From contig CM052816.1 of assembly GCA_028534125.1 (NCBI GenBank), positions 96,970,001 to 97,034,000 of the forward strand: DNA of 64,000 nucleotides, written 5' to 3'. The translations under genes and the position numbers were made by a program. The notes beneath the pieces are model-generated. The model saw only the letters and a program-made list of their open reading frames with translations. It was not told where the DNA came from and ran no database searches. Source of the DNA: Lama glama (lineage: Eukaryota). This document shows positions 1-13,287 of this stretch, piece after piece. The stretch's first letter is position 1. Each line of letters begins with the position of its first letter.

Positions 1-700
1 CAAATAAAAGGATAAAAAACAAGTCTACAATCACAGTGGGAGATTTTACCAGCATATCTCAACCACCATGGTACGTCAGACAGAAAAAAAAAATCAAAAG
101 AAAATAGAAAAGATTGAGTAATAGACTAACACTGTCAACTAACTTGCCTAATTTTCAGTTATTTTCACTTCACCCTAAAATAGAAGAATATACATTCTTT
201 TCAAGTGAACAATTACCATTCACCAAGATAAAAATACATAAAAGTAACCATCACACACCTTTCAAGAAATTTAAAGGATTGAAATTGTATAGTTAATGAT
301 CTCTGACCACAACAGAATTAAACTATAAATCAATAAAACTATTTGAAAATCCCCCCCCAAATATTTGGAAATTAAACAACACAATTCCAAATAATGCATG
401 GGTCAAAGAAGAAACCACAAGAAACATTAGAAATAATTTATTACATGGTAAATTTCGAAGTACAAATTAAATGTACGAGATGCAGCTAAAGCAGCTCTTA
501 TAAGAAAACTGTAGCTTCACAAGCTTATGTTAGGGAAGATAAAATGTTCAAGTCAATGACCAAAGCTTCCACTTTTAGAATCTAGAAAAAGAAGAGCAAT
601 TTAAGAGCAAAGTAAGTAGAAGGAAGGAAAAAATAAACACGAAAGCAGAAACAACAAAACTAGAAAACAAATAGTAAAGAAAAAAAAAGTCAATGAAACC
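1..700 (+). mobile_element. Old L1 (L1M-type) ORF2 endonuclease-region fragment, degenerate
   Basis: A-rich sequence with L1 ORF2 5' hallmarks (acaatcacagtgggagatttt; ctctgaccacaacagaattaaacta; atgcatgggtcaaagaagaa; atgcagctaaagcag); many stops. Confidence 0.85.
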
Positions 701-1470
701 CAGCCGAGCACGTAAGGAGCCTGAACGTCCTCACTCCACGCTCACAAAGTGAAAAGCTCAACAAACTGAAAAACCAACAACTCTTCTTAGATCTATCAGA
801 GAAGTGAGGTCACAGGACAGACCACGGACCCCCAAAGCGCAGACACACAGGCAAACACAGAGACGCACAGGAGTCCATGAGCAGAAACCTGGGACCCTCA
901 GGCAAGAATTTGACCTCCAGCAGCTCAAGCGGGTTCCCACAATGAAGATCAGGGAAAAATCCCCTGGGCTGCTGGCCGGGGGAGGGGACAGGAGCCAGTT
1001 TTAGATTACACCGGAGCATGTGTTCTGCTTAATAAGGACTGCCCTCAAGAGAAACAGTTTCATCAGAGCCCAGTCAACCTAGAGTAAAGGAAGTGCCCAT
1101 CTCCAGCCCCATCCAGCCATTTTGTACCACCTGCAGGCATGAAAAAATGAAAAACAAAACTGGGAAGAAAGTGTAAACTTCAGAGTGCTGGGCACAGGCT
1201 CACTAAAATCCTGAGACCTGCAGTAGGACTGTGGCGTGTTTCTGCCCCCACTTACCTTACCACTGCATCACTGAAGACCTGTCTATCACCATTCCTTTTG
1301 CCCAGCACGTGATGTCTGCCCTTACACACAAAAAATTGCAAAGCATACTAAAAGGCATAAAATATGACTTGAAGAGACAGAGCCAGCATCCAAACCAGAC
1401 CAGGATACAGCAAGAATGTTGGAATTATCGACAATGAATTTAAAAACTATGATTAAAATGCTGAGTATTT
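701..1470 (+). mobile_element. L1M (L1MC/MD-like) 5' region through the start of ORF1
   Basis: aacaaactgaaaaaccaacaactcttcttagatctatcagagaagtgaggtcacagg and gaatgttggaattatc...gaatttaaaaactatgattaaaatgct resemble recalled L1M 5'-end consensus. Confidence 0.65.
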
Positions 1471-1489
1471 TTAATCATACTTCTATATG

Positions 1490-2180
1490 TAAACACCTTT
1501 CAAGTGGAAAATGAAGTTAAAGCAGCACCATTTACAATGGCAGAAAAAAATATCAGGACGTACTTGAGAACAAAATCAACAAAAATAGTCAAGGCTTGTA
1601 TATAAAAACTAAAACTAATGAGAGAAGTTTCAAAAGACCTATGACAATAAATAGGTATATTACATTAATGGGTTGGAAGATTGCACATTGCAAGGATACC
1701 AATTCTCCTTGAATCAATCTATACATTCAATGTGATTCTAATCAAAATCCCAGCAGGCTGCTGTAGAAGCAGACCACCTAGACCTAAAATTTACATGGAA
1801 ATGCAATTTACAAGGAAACAAACAACCCAAGTCAAAATTTACATGGAGAAGACTTAAATCTGCCCAAGCAACTTAGAAAAAGGGTAACAAATTGGAAGAT
1901 TTAAATTACCTGTTTTCAAAACTTGTGGTAAAGCTAAACAGTCATGACTGTAATACTGGCATAAAAACAGGTACACAGATTAAGAGAGGAGGCTTCAGGG
2001 TCCAGAAATATTATAACGCACATGTGCTCAAGAGATTTCAACATAGGCAGAAAGGCAGCAACAAATGGCCCTGGAACCACCGTAAGATATTCAAATGGAG
2101 AAAACTGACATTCACTCTTCTTTCACAACATCACGAGAAATCAACTCAAAGTGAAGCTATTACATAAATGCAAAACAATC
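1490..2180 (+). mobile_element. Old L1 ORF2 fragment downstream of the RT core
   Basis: accatttacaatggca; atgggttggaagattgcacattg; aatctatacattcaatgtgattctaatcaaaatcccagcagg; tactggcataaaaacag. Confidence 0.8.
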
Positions 2181-4370
2181 CTTTAATGTGGTTAAGCGAT
2201 TATGCATTTGGGGAACTATGTGTCTGAGCTGTTAGAAAGCCCAGGATACCTGACTCCAGAGACCATCGCTTTGACTCAGGCCACACTGCCTTGTAACACA
2301 GTGCGTTAATTCTAACAGGTCAGAGACCGTAATGAAGGGACCTGCATCTTCGTAACTGATTAAATGATACGTATCTGTCCGCCATGAGCAAAGCAGTGTA
2401 GCTGCAAAGAACCTGCCTACAAAACAAAAGGGGACAGAGAAGACCACTGATTATGATAAACTATCATTAAATAGGGAGCAGGGGTGGGTTAGATAGTGAT
2501 TCATTCTAGCCAGAGGACTGTGCAAATCAGCCTTTTCACTCATGAGTCTAGAATGCAGGGTTTGGTTCAAAAAAAGATTGAGAATCCTAAAGCATTGCCA
2601 GTACTTCCCCAGACCTAGAAATACCTGGAATGCAATGAATTACTTGTGCACATTTAAATGAACAGATGGTGAGAATTCTAAGCCAGAAGGGTTGTCCAAA
2701 GTCATATTATATTTAGGCTCTTCACCAGTTGATAGACAGGTTGTTAAAATAAACTATCCCTTCTCTATAGTGAGAAAACTGTGAGTCAGGGGGTTATCAG
2801 GCAATTATAGAAAGCATTAACACAAAATAGAACATGAGTGTCCAAGAGGGTTAAAACCCCGAATGCTCGTCTGCTCGAGGAGACTGAAGTGTCATATCAG
2901 ATAAGGCTTCTTGGAGGGGTAGGTATTTGAGATATTTTAAAACACAGACATGAAAATTTACTAAGCCATTCATTCCTGGGAGGAATATGCCTTTTATCTG
3001 AATTACTGTCATTTTTCAGGGCCTGCCTTTTTCATAGAGTTTGTACATTTAAAGCTCTAACTATTATGAACGCTTAGTTAATGGACTCTGAATGAGGCTT
3101 TAAAATTTAAGGTACTTTCTACTGGACAGGATTATGGACAGATTAATAACACATGTATTTGAAATGAGGACTTCAGACAAACGAATTGCTTAAAACACTC
3201 AGTAACATAACCTACAGGAAAAAAATGATACTGCCAGTCTTGGAGTTTGTGCGGGCTTCATATCCACGGCCATCAGCTTGACCCCAGATGGGGGAAATAC
3301 CTGATAAATACAATAGTAGTAAAAGTTAAACACAAAGGGGAAAAAGAACAAAAAACTGATGACCAATTAAATTAAATCAAACTCACAAGAAAAACAGCTG
3401 GATATTCTTATAGAGACTAAAAGAGAAATCTTGAGGTAATGAAATGAACTTCAGTAAAAATCAATAGCTTAGTGCATGCTAGGCCACCCCAAAAACCCAC
3501 AAAAACAGAAACTCTGAATCTCACGAGCATTTTCCTACTATACCTTGTGAGAGACGTTGGGAGAAGGACCACTCTGGATACACAGTGAAACCCAGAATGA
3601 AATCAGAAGCCCTAATTCTTGTAAAGGGTTCTGTGAAGGGTTGTTAACTTTCCTTACCTAGAAATCTTTAACATTTAACTCTGTTTTGTGTCCGCATAAA
3701 ACTGGAATTCTGCACAGGGCAGCCACACACTTCACAAACTAGAGTTGTTAAATACATCCCGTTTCTAGGTCGTCTGTGTTAGAAAAGACAGTTACTAATT
3801 CCATCATCTTGTATTTCCAGTAAAATTATAATCCCCCCCAAAAAAGAACAATTCTCCCTGATGAGCACAGCTCCATTTCTTCTCTCTTTCCTCTGTCCTT
3901 ATTCTTCCCGCTCCATTTAATCTGAGATACCACTTGCTTCCTAATCCTGAGCTGCGATCCATTCTCCATTTTGATGGGTTTCTCCCCCCGCTCATATCCC
4001 ACCTTAGGGGAACATCCCCGAAGACCGGGAGGGAGGAGATGATTTCCTCTCTCTTTAGTGCCCCAGAGTTGAAGGGCCATCTTACCCTGGAAACTGTGAA
4101 GGAGATTAGTGCGGCATTTTCAGCTGCTCTGCAGACAGCCCTTTGATCCAGCCACCGCCCTGGGCGGTACTACCCCAGCCCCGTGTTCCCGGCCTCCTCA
4201 CCGATGACGCTCTCACAGCCAGCGGGCTCAGCACCAGCAGAATGCCCGAGAAGGGAAAAACTCTGTTTCCCACAGTAGAGAAGGTGTATTTGTTCTTTCT
4301 TCCCTGAGTTCTTTCTCAGTTTTATTAGTTGGATAACCAGTAACAGTAAACGTTTAACTTCAGTGAGATC

Positions 4371-4930
4371 TGTTAGTTTTCTATGATTGCACAAGCATTT
4401 ACCACAAAAATGATGGCTTAAACCACATCTGCTTACTGTCTCGCATTTCTGCAGGTCAGAAGTCCAGATGTCTCAGCAGGGTCACCAGAGTCACCAGGCA
4501 AAAATCCAGGTGCAAGCCAGCTGGGTTCTCACCTGGTGCTCTGGGATAGAGTCCACATCCGTGCTCCCCAGTTCTGTGTGGCTGTGGGACTCAGGTCCCC
4601 CATTCCTTGTTGCTGTGGCCTGAGGGCTTGTTTTTTCCATGCTAGAGATCACCCACTCTCCTTGGTGTTCGGACCCATCCATGTTCAAAGTCGGTGGCAG
4701 CAGTCAAATCCTCCGAGGGCCTGGAATTCCTGGCTTCACGTCTACCCTTCTCTTCTCCCTTTAAGCACCCAGTAGTTCAGGATAATTTCCCTACATTAAG
4801 GTCAACTGATTAGAAACCTTAATTACACATGCAAAATCCCTTTGCCAGGTGACACATTTATGAGCACAATATCTCCAGGGATCAGCACCTGGAAATGTGG
4901 GGGGGGGGCAGTAACACCCTGCCTATGACA
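4371..4930 (-). mobile_element. MaLR MLT1-type solo LTR
   Basis: ttagttttctatgattgc...taccacaaa...ggcttaaa...gcatttctgcaggtcagaagtcca; ends aaccttaattacacatgcaaaatccctttgcca...ctgcctatgaca. Confidence 0.8.
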
Positions 4931-5461
4931 TGAGGCTATTAGATAGGTATCATTTGATTTTTAATTCATTTTGACATAACACTTTTCATCTTAAATGCTG
5001 GGCTTATTTTACGATTAATTTTCAAAGACAAGAATTTGTTTTCTGTGGATGCCTCTAACTCCTGTGTATTTAAGGAATCTGGAGATTTTGTTTTGTTTTC
5101 TTTCTCTTTTTAAATCTAAAGATTATTGTATATCGTTTTATTAATATGTTATGATGATTACTGTTACAAATTTTCAAAACAATCTTGTTCTCAAAATTTT
5201 GCACTAACTACAACTGTCCTTTTTATTTTTATTTTAATTTTTCATTTAATTTAAAAATTTTATAGATTTGATCATGTTATTCTCTGTTTAAAATCTTTCC
5301 AAATCTTCTCTTGACCTGAGATAAATCCCAAATGCTATCAAATAAGGCGCGTAATCATTTATAACACAGCATCATTCTATAGATGTCTCATTTGTTTGCC
5401 TGTTGGTGACTTATCCCTGCTCTGCAGGTCACAGAATTCTACACACAAGTTGCAGTAGCTT

Positions 5462-6140
5462 TAAAAGTGATGAAACAGTACAGAGTATGTCATGTAACAA
5501 CAACAAAATTCAATTAAAAATAAGACCAATGTCTGAAAAACACCCCGAATACTTGGGAATTCAACAACACACTTTGAAACAATCCACAGATCAAAGCTAA
5601 ATCCCACAAAATTAAAAGATGTGAACTGAACAAAAATGAAAATGTAACACACCAACATTTGTGGGATATAGCTAAAGCAATTGCTTCAGGAATTTGCATA
5701 GAACTAGCTTAAATTGAAAATGGTAAAAGATGTAAAATTAATTACCTACCATAAGAATCTAGAAAAAAGAGCAGATTAACTGCAAAGAATGTAGAAAGTA
5801 GGAAAAAATAAAAATAAGTTCTTAATTAAACAAAATATAAAAAGGACAATAGAAAGTTAAGGAAAGCAAAGCTGGATCTTTAAGAAGATCAACAAAATTG
5901 ATGCATTTCTAACTAGAATGATCAATAAAATAAAAGAAAGAGACACAGCTTACCAATATCAAGGATAAAAGGTTGGGCATCACTACATAGTCTCCAAATA
6001 TTAGGAGAGTGGTAAGGAAATAATGTGAACAATGTTATGTCAATAAACTTGGCAATCTAGATAAAGTGGACACATTCCTCGGTACAAAGCTGACACAAGA
6101 AAAAATTGAAAATCTGAGTAGCCCCGTATCTACTAACAGA
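5462..6140 (+). mobile_element. Old L1 ORF2 fragment
   Basis: aacatttgtgggatatagctaaagca; gaagatcaacaaaattgat; ctagataaagtggacacattcct; ctgacacaagaaaaaattgaaaatctgagtag. Confidence 0.85.
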
Positions 6141-6644
6141 TGCATGTTCCAGGCTTCCCAGACCCACCGGAGTCCTCCACCCCACACTGCAGGCCAGGTC
6201 CGCTGCCTCAGCTCACTAGTCTCAGCTCTGGAAAAATACATAATCATGCTCCCTAATGAGCCTGAAGCAAAAAACTGTCATCTCTTCCTCCCCCTGTTGG
6301 AAAGCAGTACAAGTACTTCAGACTTTAAGAAACAGAGAGAAGGCCTTTAGTTCTCATATACTCATATAGGAGTTGGGGATGGTAATGCTTTATTCTTTCC
6401 TTGTGAAGCTCCCACACCACCAAAAACAAAAAAATTAAGCAACTAAAGAGTACCTAGTATTATTTTTTTAATTAACACACCCCGTCACACACAGAGATAG
6501 AAATAAACATATAGGTAGATACATGCACTTACTTTTTAATTTTTATTTACCAGTGTCTCTTTATTTTCCCTCCTTGACATATCCTAATTGTATCGGGCAT
6601 AATGCTCCCCAGGCAGCCCAGGTGGTTTTATAAGAAGCTGACTT

Positions 6645-6716
6645 CACTTCCTTCTTTTCTTCTTTCCTCCCTCCCTCCCTCCCTTCCTTCCTTCCTTCCA
6701 TCCTTCCTTCCTCTTC
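6645..6716 (+). repeat. (CCCT)n/(TTCC)n pyrimidine microsatellite
   Basis: ctccctccctcccttccttccttccttccatccttccttcc seen directly. Confidence 0.9.
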
Positions 6717-6738
6717 TCATTTAGTATATTGATTCAAT

Positions 6739-9128
6739 GTGCTTCAAAATATTATTCTAAATATTAACTCAATAACATCCCTAATGACAAGTGTGACTCC
6801 TAGTTAATCAAGCAATCCAGATTCAAACCCTTTTTTAATTCTATTGAAGTTATTTCTATTTCCCGTGGTTGGTCCCAGAATAGAGATGGCACAGTTCTGG
6901 CCAAGGGAGAATAAAAGAGGTCTGCCACTGGCTCCAGAGGAAACTCCCAGGAGAGTGTGCAGAACTATCCTCCCCATTTCCAAGTGTGAAGGAGAAATCC
7001 TGGTGTCCGAAGTCCTAGCAGCCCCCGCGCTCAGGAAACCAGCCCTAGAAAGAGTTGGACTGTAGACCAGGAAGGCTGGGAGGGGGACATTAAACCTGAG
7101 GCCCACATGACTCACCTGAGCAATGGAGCCCATCAACGCGGGCTCTTTCTTGCTGCTCAGGGCAGATATGGGTAGTTTCATGTGACTGAAAACACTTCAA
7201 ATAATTCACCAAAGAAAGAATCAGGTTGTTTACAATTAAGTGGACAATGTACATTATTGATAAAGAGAACCATCCAGTGGACTGAGTCTGGGAAGTTTAT
7301 CTAAATAGGAGACCTGGTCCCAAAGACAAGCTTGCCTTTTAATTATAGACAAGTTTGTTATTTTTCTTTTCTGGGCTGTGTTTTCTGTGCTTCCTCTTTC
7401 TTAACACTCATGCAAATTAGACATTTTATTCCATGGGACTGGGTGAATGTGCAAAAGAACAGCAACATCCACACAAAGTCAATAATAATTGAATTTTCAT
7501 GTTTCCAGCTTGGTCTGATTTATTATGAGGAGGTACGTTTTCAGATGACTCAGAAGTAATGCTAGACTATTCCTAACTATAGTCTAGGCACCGACACAGT
7601 ACTTCAGAATATTACTTTAAATATTAACTCAATAACACACTCCTAACTGCAGGTGGGCCCCTTGAATAATCTAAGTCAATCAAACTCAGCCCTCCTCCAT
7701 TGCCACTGCTTGGATATGGAGGAGAAACATGATACCGTCTGAACCAATGAAATATAAGGAGAGGTTTGCCGCCAGCTTCAGAGGAATTTCCTGTTGCTTT
7801 CCTAAGGCATGCCCAGGAGCAGCCCTCTCCATCGCCAGGTATGAATTAGGGACACTGGAGCCCCAGGTCCTCGCCACTCCACCTTCAAGGAACCATCCCT
7901 GGCAGGAGCTGGACTGTGGACAAGGGACTGAAGAGACAGAAATCCGGTACCCTGTAACTTTGCTGAGCTACTGAACCCATCAGCACCACGGCCAGCGGCT
8001 CCTTGGCCCTCCAGGGCGTGTCAGGACTTTTCCACTTCCTAAGAGGTGGATTTGTCCTTCCAACTGCTGGTAACACCATCACATAGTCACAGGCTCTCAG
8101 AGCTGAGAGAATCAGGTTGTATCTAATTATGTGCACATTCATAAAAAGAAGAAACCAGTGGACTACGCCTGGGGAGTTTTACTCTAAATAGGAGAACTTT
8201 ATCCAGTCATCTGTTGATGGACATTTAGGCTATTTCCATGTCTTGGCTATTGTAAATAGTGCTGCTATGAACATTGGGATGCAGGTGTCATCCTGAAGTA
8301 GGGCTCCTTCTGGATATAAGCCCAGGAGTGGGATTCATGGGTCATATGGTAAGTCCTAAATGTCCATCAATGGATGACTGGATAAAGAAGTTGTGGTATA
8401 TTTATACAATGGAATACTCTTCAGCCATAAAAACTGACAACATAACACCATTTGCAGCAACATGGATGCTCCTGGAGAATGTTATTCTAAGTGAAGTAAG
8501 ACAGAAAGAGAAAGAAGAATACCATATGAGATTGCTTATATGTGGAATTAAAAAAAAGCATAAATACAAAGCAGAAATAGTCTCATAGACATGGAATACA
8601 AACTTGTGGTTGCCAAGGGGGCAGGGGGTAGGAAGGGATAGACTGGGATTTCAAAATTGTAGAATAGATAAACAAGATTATACTGTATAACACAGGGAAA
8701 TAAATACAAGATCTTATGGTAGCTCACAGAGAAAAAAATGTGACAATGAATATATATATGTTCATGTATAACTGAAAAATTGTGCTCTACACTGGAATTT
8801 GACACAACATTGTAAAATGATTATAAATCAATAAAAAATGTTAAAAAAAAACCAAACAAAAAAAACAGGAGAACTGCTGGTCCAGAGGCCAGCTTGCCTT
8901 TTAATTACCAGCGAATTTATTATTTTCCCTGACTTTGTTTTGGCCCTGCCTCAGTTTTAATGCTCAAGCAGGTAAGAAAAATTATTCCATAAGATTCAGT
9001 GAATGTGTTAAAAAATGGCAGCTCCCACACAAAGTCAATTATAATTAAATTTATCATGCTTCCAGCTTGATCTGATTCATTACAAGGAAGCACGTCTTCA
9101 GATGACTGAATCAATGGTAGAATAGTCT
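6739..9128 (+). repeat. Diverged direct tandem duplication, unit ~860-880 bp (copy A 6739-7598; copy B 7599-9128, interrupted by an L1)
   Basis: Colinear shared blocks: taaatattaactcaataaca (6758/7618), agaatcaggttgt (7217/8108), agcttgccttttaatta (7329/8890), ccacacaaagtcaat (7469/9025), ttcagatgact (~7540/~9098). Confidence 0.9.
8199..8862 (+). mobile_element. Young 5'-truncated, 5'-inverted L1 (antisense 8199-8355, sense 8355-8862)
   Basis: ORF2 C-terminus PKCPSMDDWIKKLWYIYTMEYSSAIK...ATWMLLENVILSEV; AATAAA ~8830 and A-tail; TSD aaataggagaact (8186-8198) / aaacaggagaact (8863-8875). Confidence 0.95.
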
Positions 9129-10029
9129 GTCTTCAGTAACTTCCTGAAGTCACTGTTAACAGTCAGCCAGTGGCTGTGATCTAAAATACATTCCATTTGG
9201 AAGCCAGCCATGGGAACTCCACTGCAGAAGCAAGAGGAAATGAAGTATGCACATGGCCCTCTTTCAAACTGCACGGCAGCAGAATGCCTAGATGAACACA
9301 CTTACAATCGGACTTCACGATACATTGATTCTGGTCTGATCATAGTCTCAAGGAACTTATCCCACCAGTACACATCTCCGCAAAGTCACCGGTGAAATTT
9401 CTACATCTATGAAAGGAGCACCGTGTTATACAGGTGTTTTATGCACCTGTTTGAAGAAATTGACTCAGGTACAGTCAATCAAATGTGCTCTCCCTGGGCT
9501 TTATATCCTGAACTAGTGACTCCCAGAGGTGGGTCACTTGGCAATCACATTATTCCTGGAGGCAGTGGTGATGCTGTGCAGAGGAAACTCTGCCCATGGC
9601 ATGACCTCTGGTAGGCTCACTGCTGCCCCATTCACCTTAATGCCTGTCCGGGTCTCAAACTCTGTCCTCCAGTTTTTTTCTCTGAGCTCCTGAGAGTGTT
9701 CCGTCTTTGATTAAGATGGCCGTCATGGATTTCCTCTGCTAGTAACCGGAACTGTGGTTTCCACAGACACTCAGGATTCCTGCCTTCCTCCTACCATCAG
9801 AGACTCACTAACACACGTTGTTGGGATTTCAGTACAACCCCCCAAACTACAAAGGGAGTGAAGAGAGATAAAAAGGGGTCTCACTGCTGAGTCCAAGGAG
9901 AACCACGGCAAGGTGAGCCTGACCCCAGTGCACCCAGGTGGGTGAGATGATGGCTTCTGTCCTCCCCCACTTCTCCTGGGACCCTGCTCTTGACCGTCTC
10001 ATCTGGATATTTCAATGATGCCCTAGAAC

Positions 10030-10260
10030 GCAGTGAAAAGAGTTGAATGTGACGGCTTTGGAGCCAGCCAGATCCCAGTTCAAATTTCAAGCTTTGCCTT
10101 GATAATTTCATCATTCCTGGCAAGTTTCTTAACCTCTTTGACTCTCGTTTCTTTAAAGCGTGTATAGTCTTACTTAGCTTGTACATTACTGGGCAGATGA
10201 GAGACTCTAGAGGTTGTTAGTAGCTGGCACACCTGTGTGAACCACAGACGGTAGCTATTA
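10030..10260 (+). mobile_element. MIR SINE
   Basis: ggctttggagccagccagatcccagttcaaat...ctggcaagtttcttaacctctttgactctcgtttct. Confidence 0.7.
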
Positions 10261-10394
10261 ATATCATCATCATCATTATTATTATTAATATCATTAATAT
10301 CATTATTAACGTGTATCTTCTTTCAATCTCTCCCACTCTAATCTACCTGCACTTTAATGCCTGAGGGACTGAAATCAGATCACTTTGTCACTGA

Positions 10395-10655
10395 ACAGTA
10401 CAATGGCAGAAGCCCCCATTTTGGGGCTGGATGGGTCTGCTTTGAAATTTGGACCTGCCTACCTCCAGCAGTGTGAAAACTCAAGCTAAAAGGTTGGCTA
10501 CTACCAATTAGCAAGGACGTCACCTATTTGAATATTTGAGCCTCAGTTTCTCTGTGAAAGGGAGACAAAACTACCCCTCCTAGGATCTGTGGGAGTTGGA
10601 TCGGATGGCATTTTTAATACTCAGAACTGTAGCGGCTTACAGTCGGTACACAGTT
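10395..10655 (+). mobile_element. MIR SINE
   Basis: MIR core tgagcctcagtttctctgtgaaagggagacaaaactacc. Confidence 0.6.
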
Positions 10656-13287
10656 TCCTGCAGTTTCCTCCTATCTTCCCTACCTTCTTTCTTTCTCTCC
10701 CCTCACAATCCTTTGGCAGCGACTATGTGCTCAGCCTAATACTCAAGGTCCTGCTCAGCTTGGCTTCAGTCCAACCTTCAGGTGTCACCTTCAAATTCTC
10801 TCCTAATGAGTTGTTCACACTTTCCAGACTCATCGGGGTACCATCTCCCCATCCCCATGCGTTACTGTCCCCGTCTGCGCCTCTGTCCTCGTTGCTCTTC
10901 CTCCCTCACAGGTTTAACGCCCATCATGGCTCCCCCACTGCTGCAGCCACATGGGGCCTGCCTGGCCGCTGAGCCTCCCTGGGTGCCCCGCTCTCCCTCC
11001 TCGCTGTCCTGGTCCACACCCACGCCCGCTGTGTCACTTAACCACACGTGTCTGTTCTCTCACTAACTAGACACGAGGTTTCCAGAAGCCAGCGAGTCAA
11101 ATTCAACACTCTCCGTCACAGTGACCACAAAAACTTAGCACCTCTCTCTCGACTCCTTGGTGTTTTCACCCCTTATCTTCCCCCTAATAAAGGACTGGAC
11201 AAATTAATTCATTTTCTCTCTCTTTGACAATTTGAACAGGACACTTTTTAGTAAGCATAGCAGATTTGAAGAAGACATGCCTTTTTGAATTTAGAAGTAT
11301 ATATTTATGAAACACAAAGTAAAATTCTCTGATCAAAATTATTAATCCTCATCTCTTTCATTATTTTTTGTTAAAACATAAATTATTTTTAAATGAACCA
11401 GAGGAATTCGGTTTTTGGCTGCTTCTTGTGTTTTTATGCATCGTTCACCTCCTCATTGTGATAAGAGAGGCTGCTGGCTTCGTGGCTGAGAGTTTGGCCA
11501 GTTCCAGCCCTGCCCTTGCCAGCCACGTGGCCCTGGCAGAGCAAGAAGCCACCGGCCTGCTGTCAGGCAGGCGCCTGGTTAGCAGCGCCATGTGGCTGTG
11601 ACATGAAAGCAGGCATGAGGAGGTCATTCACCCTTTTAATCACAAAGCCTATGCTTAGGGCCAAGCCCCCCCCTTTTTTTTTAAGTGACAGAGACTGAGT
11701 AAGGGGGTTTCTTTGTAGTCCTGTTAGGGCTTCATACTTCTCATCTTAAGCCACTTCCAGCGACTAGATGAATCTGAACAACCCGGGTGATGACCAGCAC
11801 CTGCAGCCCAAGCCGCCTTGACAAGCGACCCATTGCCGGGGAAGGTTTTGATGAGCAGCCTGTCAGGACAAGTCCTCTGTGAGGACCTTAGCCTACCTGG
11901 ACAGTCTGGCAGTGTGGAGGAGAACTCCCATCCAAATGAAGACACATTAATAAATTAGTCCACCACATTCTGCAGGTGCCTACAGAAGACACAAAATTCC
12001 AAGTTCAGAGACAAAGAACTTTACCACTCACAGTAAAAGCAGTGGCAGGAATATGATCACAGCCCTGCTGGCTCCTTGAAGCCCAGGTCCCACAGGGTGA
12101 TGCCGAAGTCCAGGGGGAGAGCAACGGTGCATAACCAGGAAGAAGAACCCTGAGCTTAGAGAATCTGTCACTTCCACTGAAGGCAGGAAGCAAGCCTGTT
12201 CCTGGCTCCACCAAATCAGAGGGAGATCAGGTGCAGCAAGGACCACATGGCATTCTTTGCTGTGTTATATCATTTTTCAGACTCACAAGCCAAAGAAACA
12301 CAGCAATCCTGAAGAGTGGCCAGGTGAAGGACAGTCAGGCCATCGAGATTTCGACCCATCAGCCAGGTGAGTAGCAGTGAAGGAGGTCCACGAGGGAGCA
12401 GCCTCTGACTCCAACCACCTGGTAAAATGCTGCCACAACTCATCCTTTGCCAAAATGTATTGGCCAGCACACGTGCATGTCTTTATTGCAGAGATTTATC
12501 TTTCTTGTCAGAAAGGACCAAAAGAAATAGTCATTTAATAAATTTACAAACCTTAGGAAATGGAAAACAAAATGGCCCATTTTGAAGATTCAACATTTAT
12601 CACAAAGCAACTAAATTTATCCCAAATGTTGCAAGAGAAGATAATTATAGGAAAATTCATTCTTTAGTTAAAATTATCATTCCTATAGCATGCATTTGTT
12701 GGGAAAAAAAAACAAATGATTTGTAAAAACCACACTGAGAAGTCCTGGTTTAGCAAAATGCAGTCAAAGTCTGGATTGTGGCTACTATGCCTTAAAAAGG
12801 CTTACAAGTTGAAATGGACAAGCAACTGTTTCAGCCACATATTGTTTTTATCAAACATTTATAATTGACTTCTTGATTTAAATGCATTTCAGTTCAGACA
12901 TCCAAAAACACTTCTCACCACTGGGGAAAAGTGATAACTACACGATTAGATACAATGGCATAAACGTTTTAACAGGTTTTTGGAACACTGTGGTTTTGTA
13001 GAGGCGGTATTTATAGCTTAATATAAATCCTGAAAGCAACAGAGTCAGATGCGTGACGTTGAGATTATATATTTAAATATTAATCTAAAGTGTGACACTA
13101 AGTTACAGGAAGAACCCACAGAAAAACAGAGAATGTGAAACCACTCCCCTGGCAGGCTTGCCGAAATCTTGCTGGCTCTGTCGGAGAGAACAGTAGCCTT
13201 TGCATTTTAATAAAAAGGAGGAAGTAACAACATGTGATACGTGAGTATTTAGCACATGTCAGGTACTGTTCTAAGGATTTTATGTGT

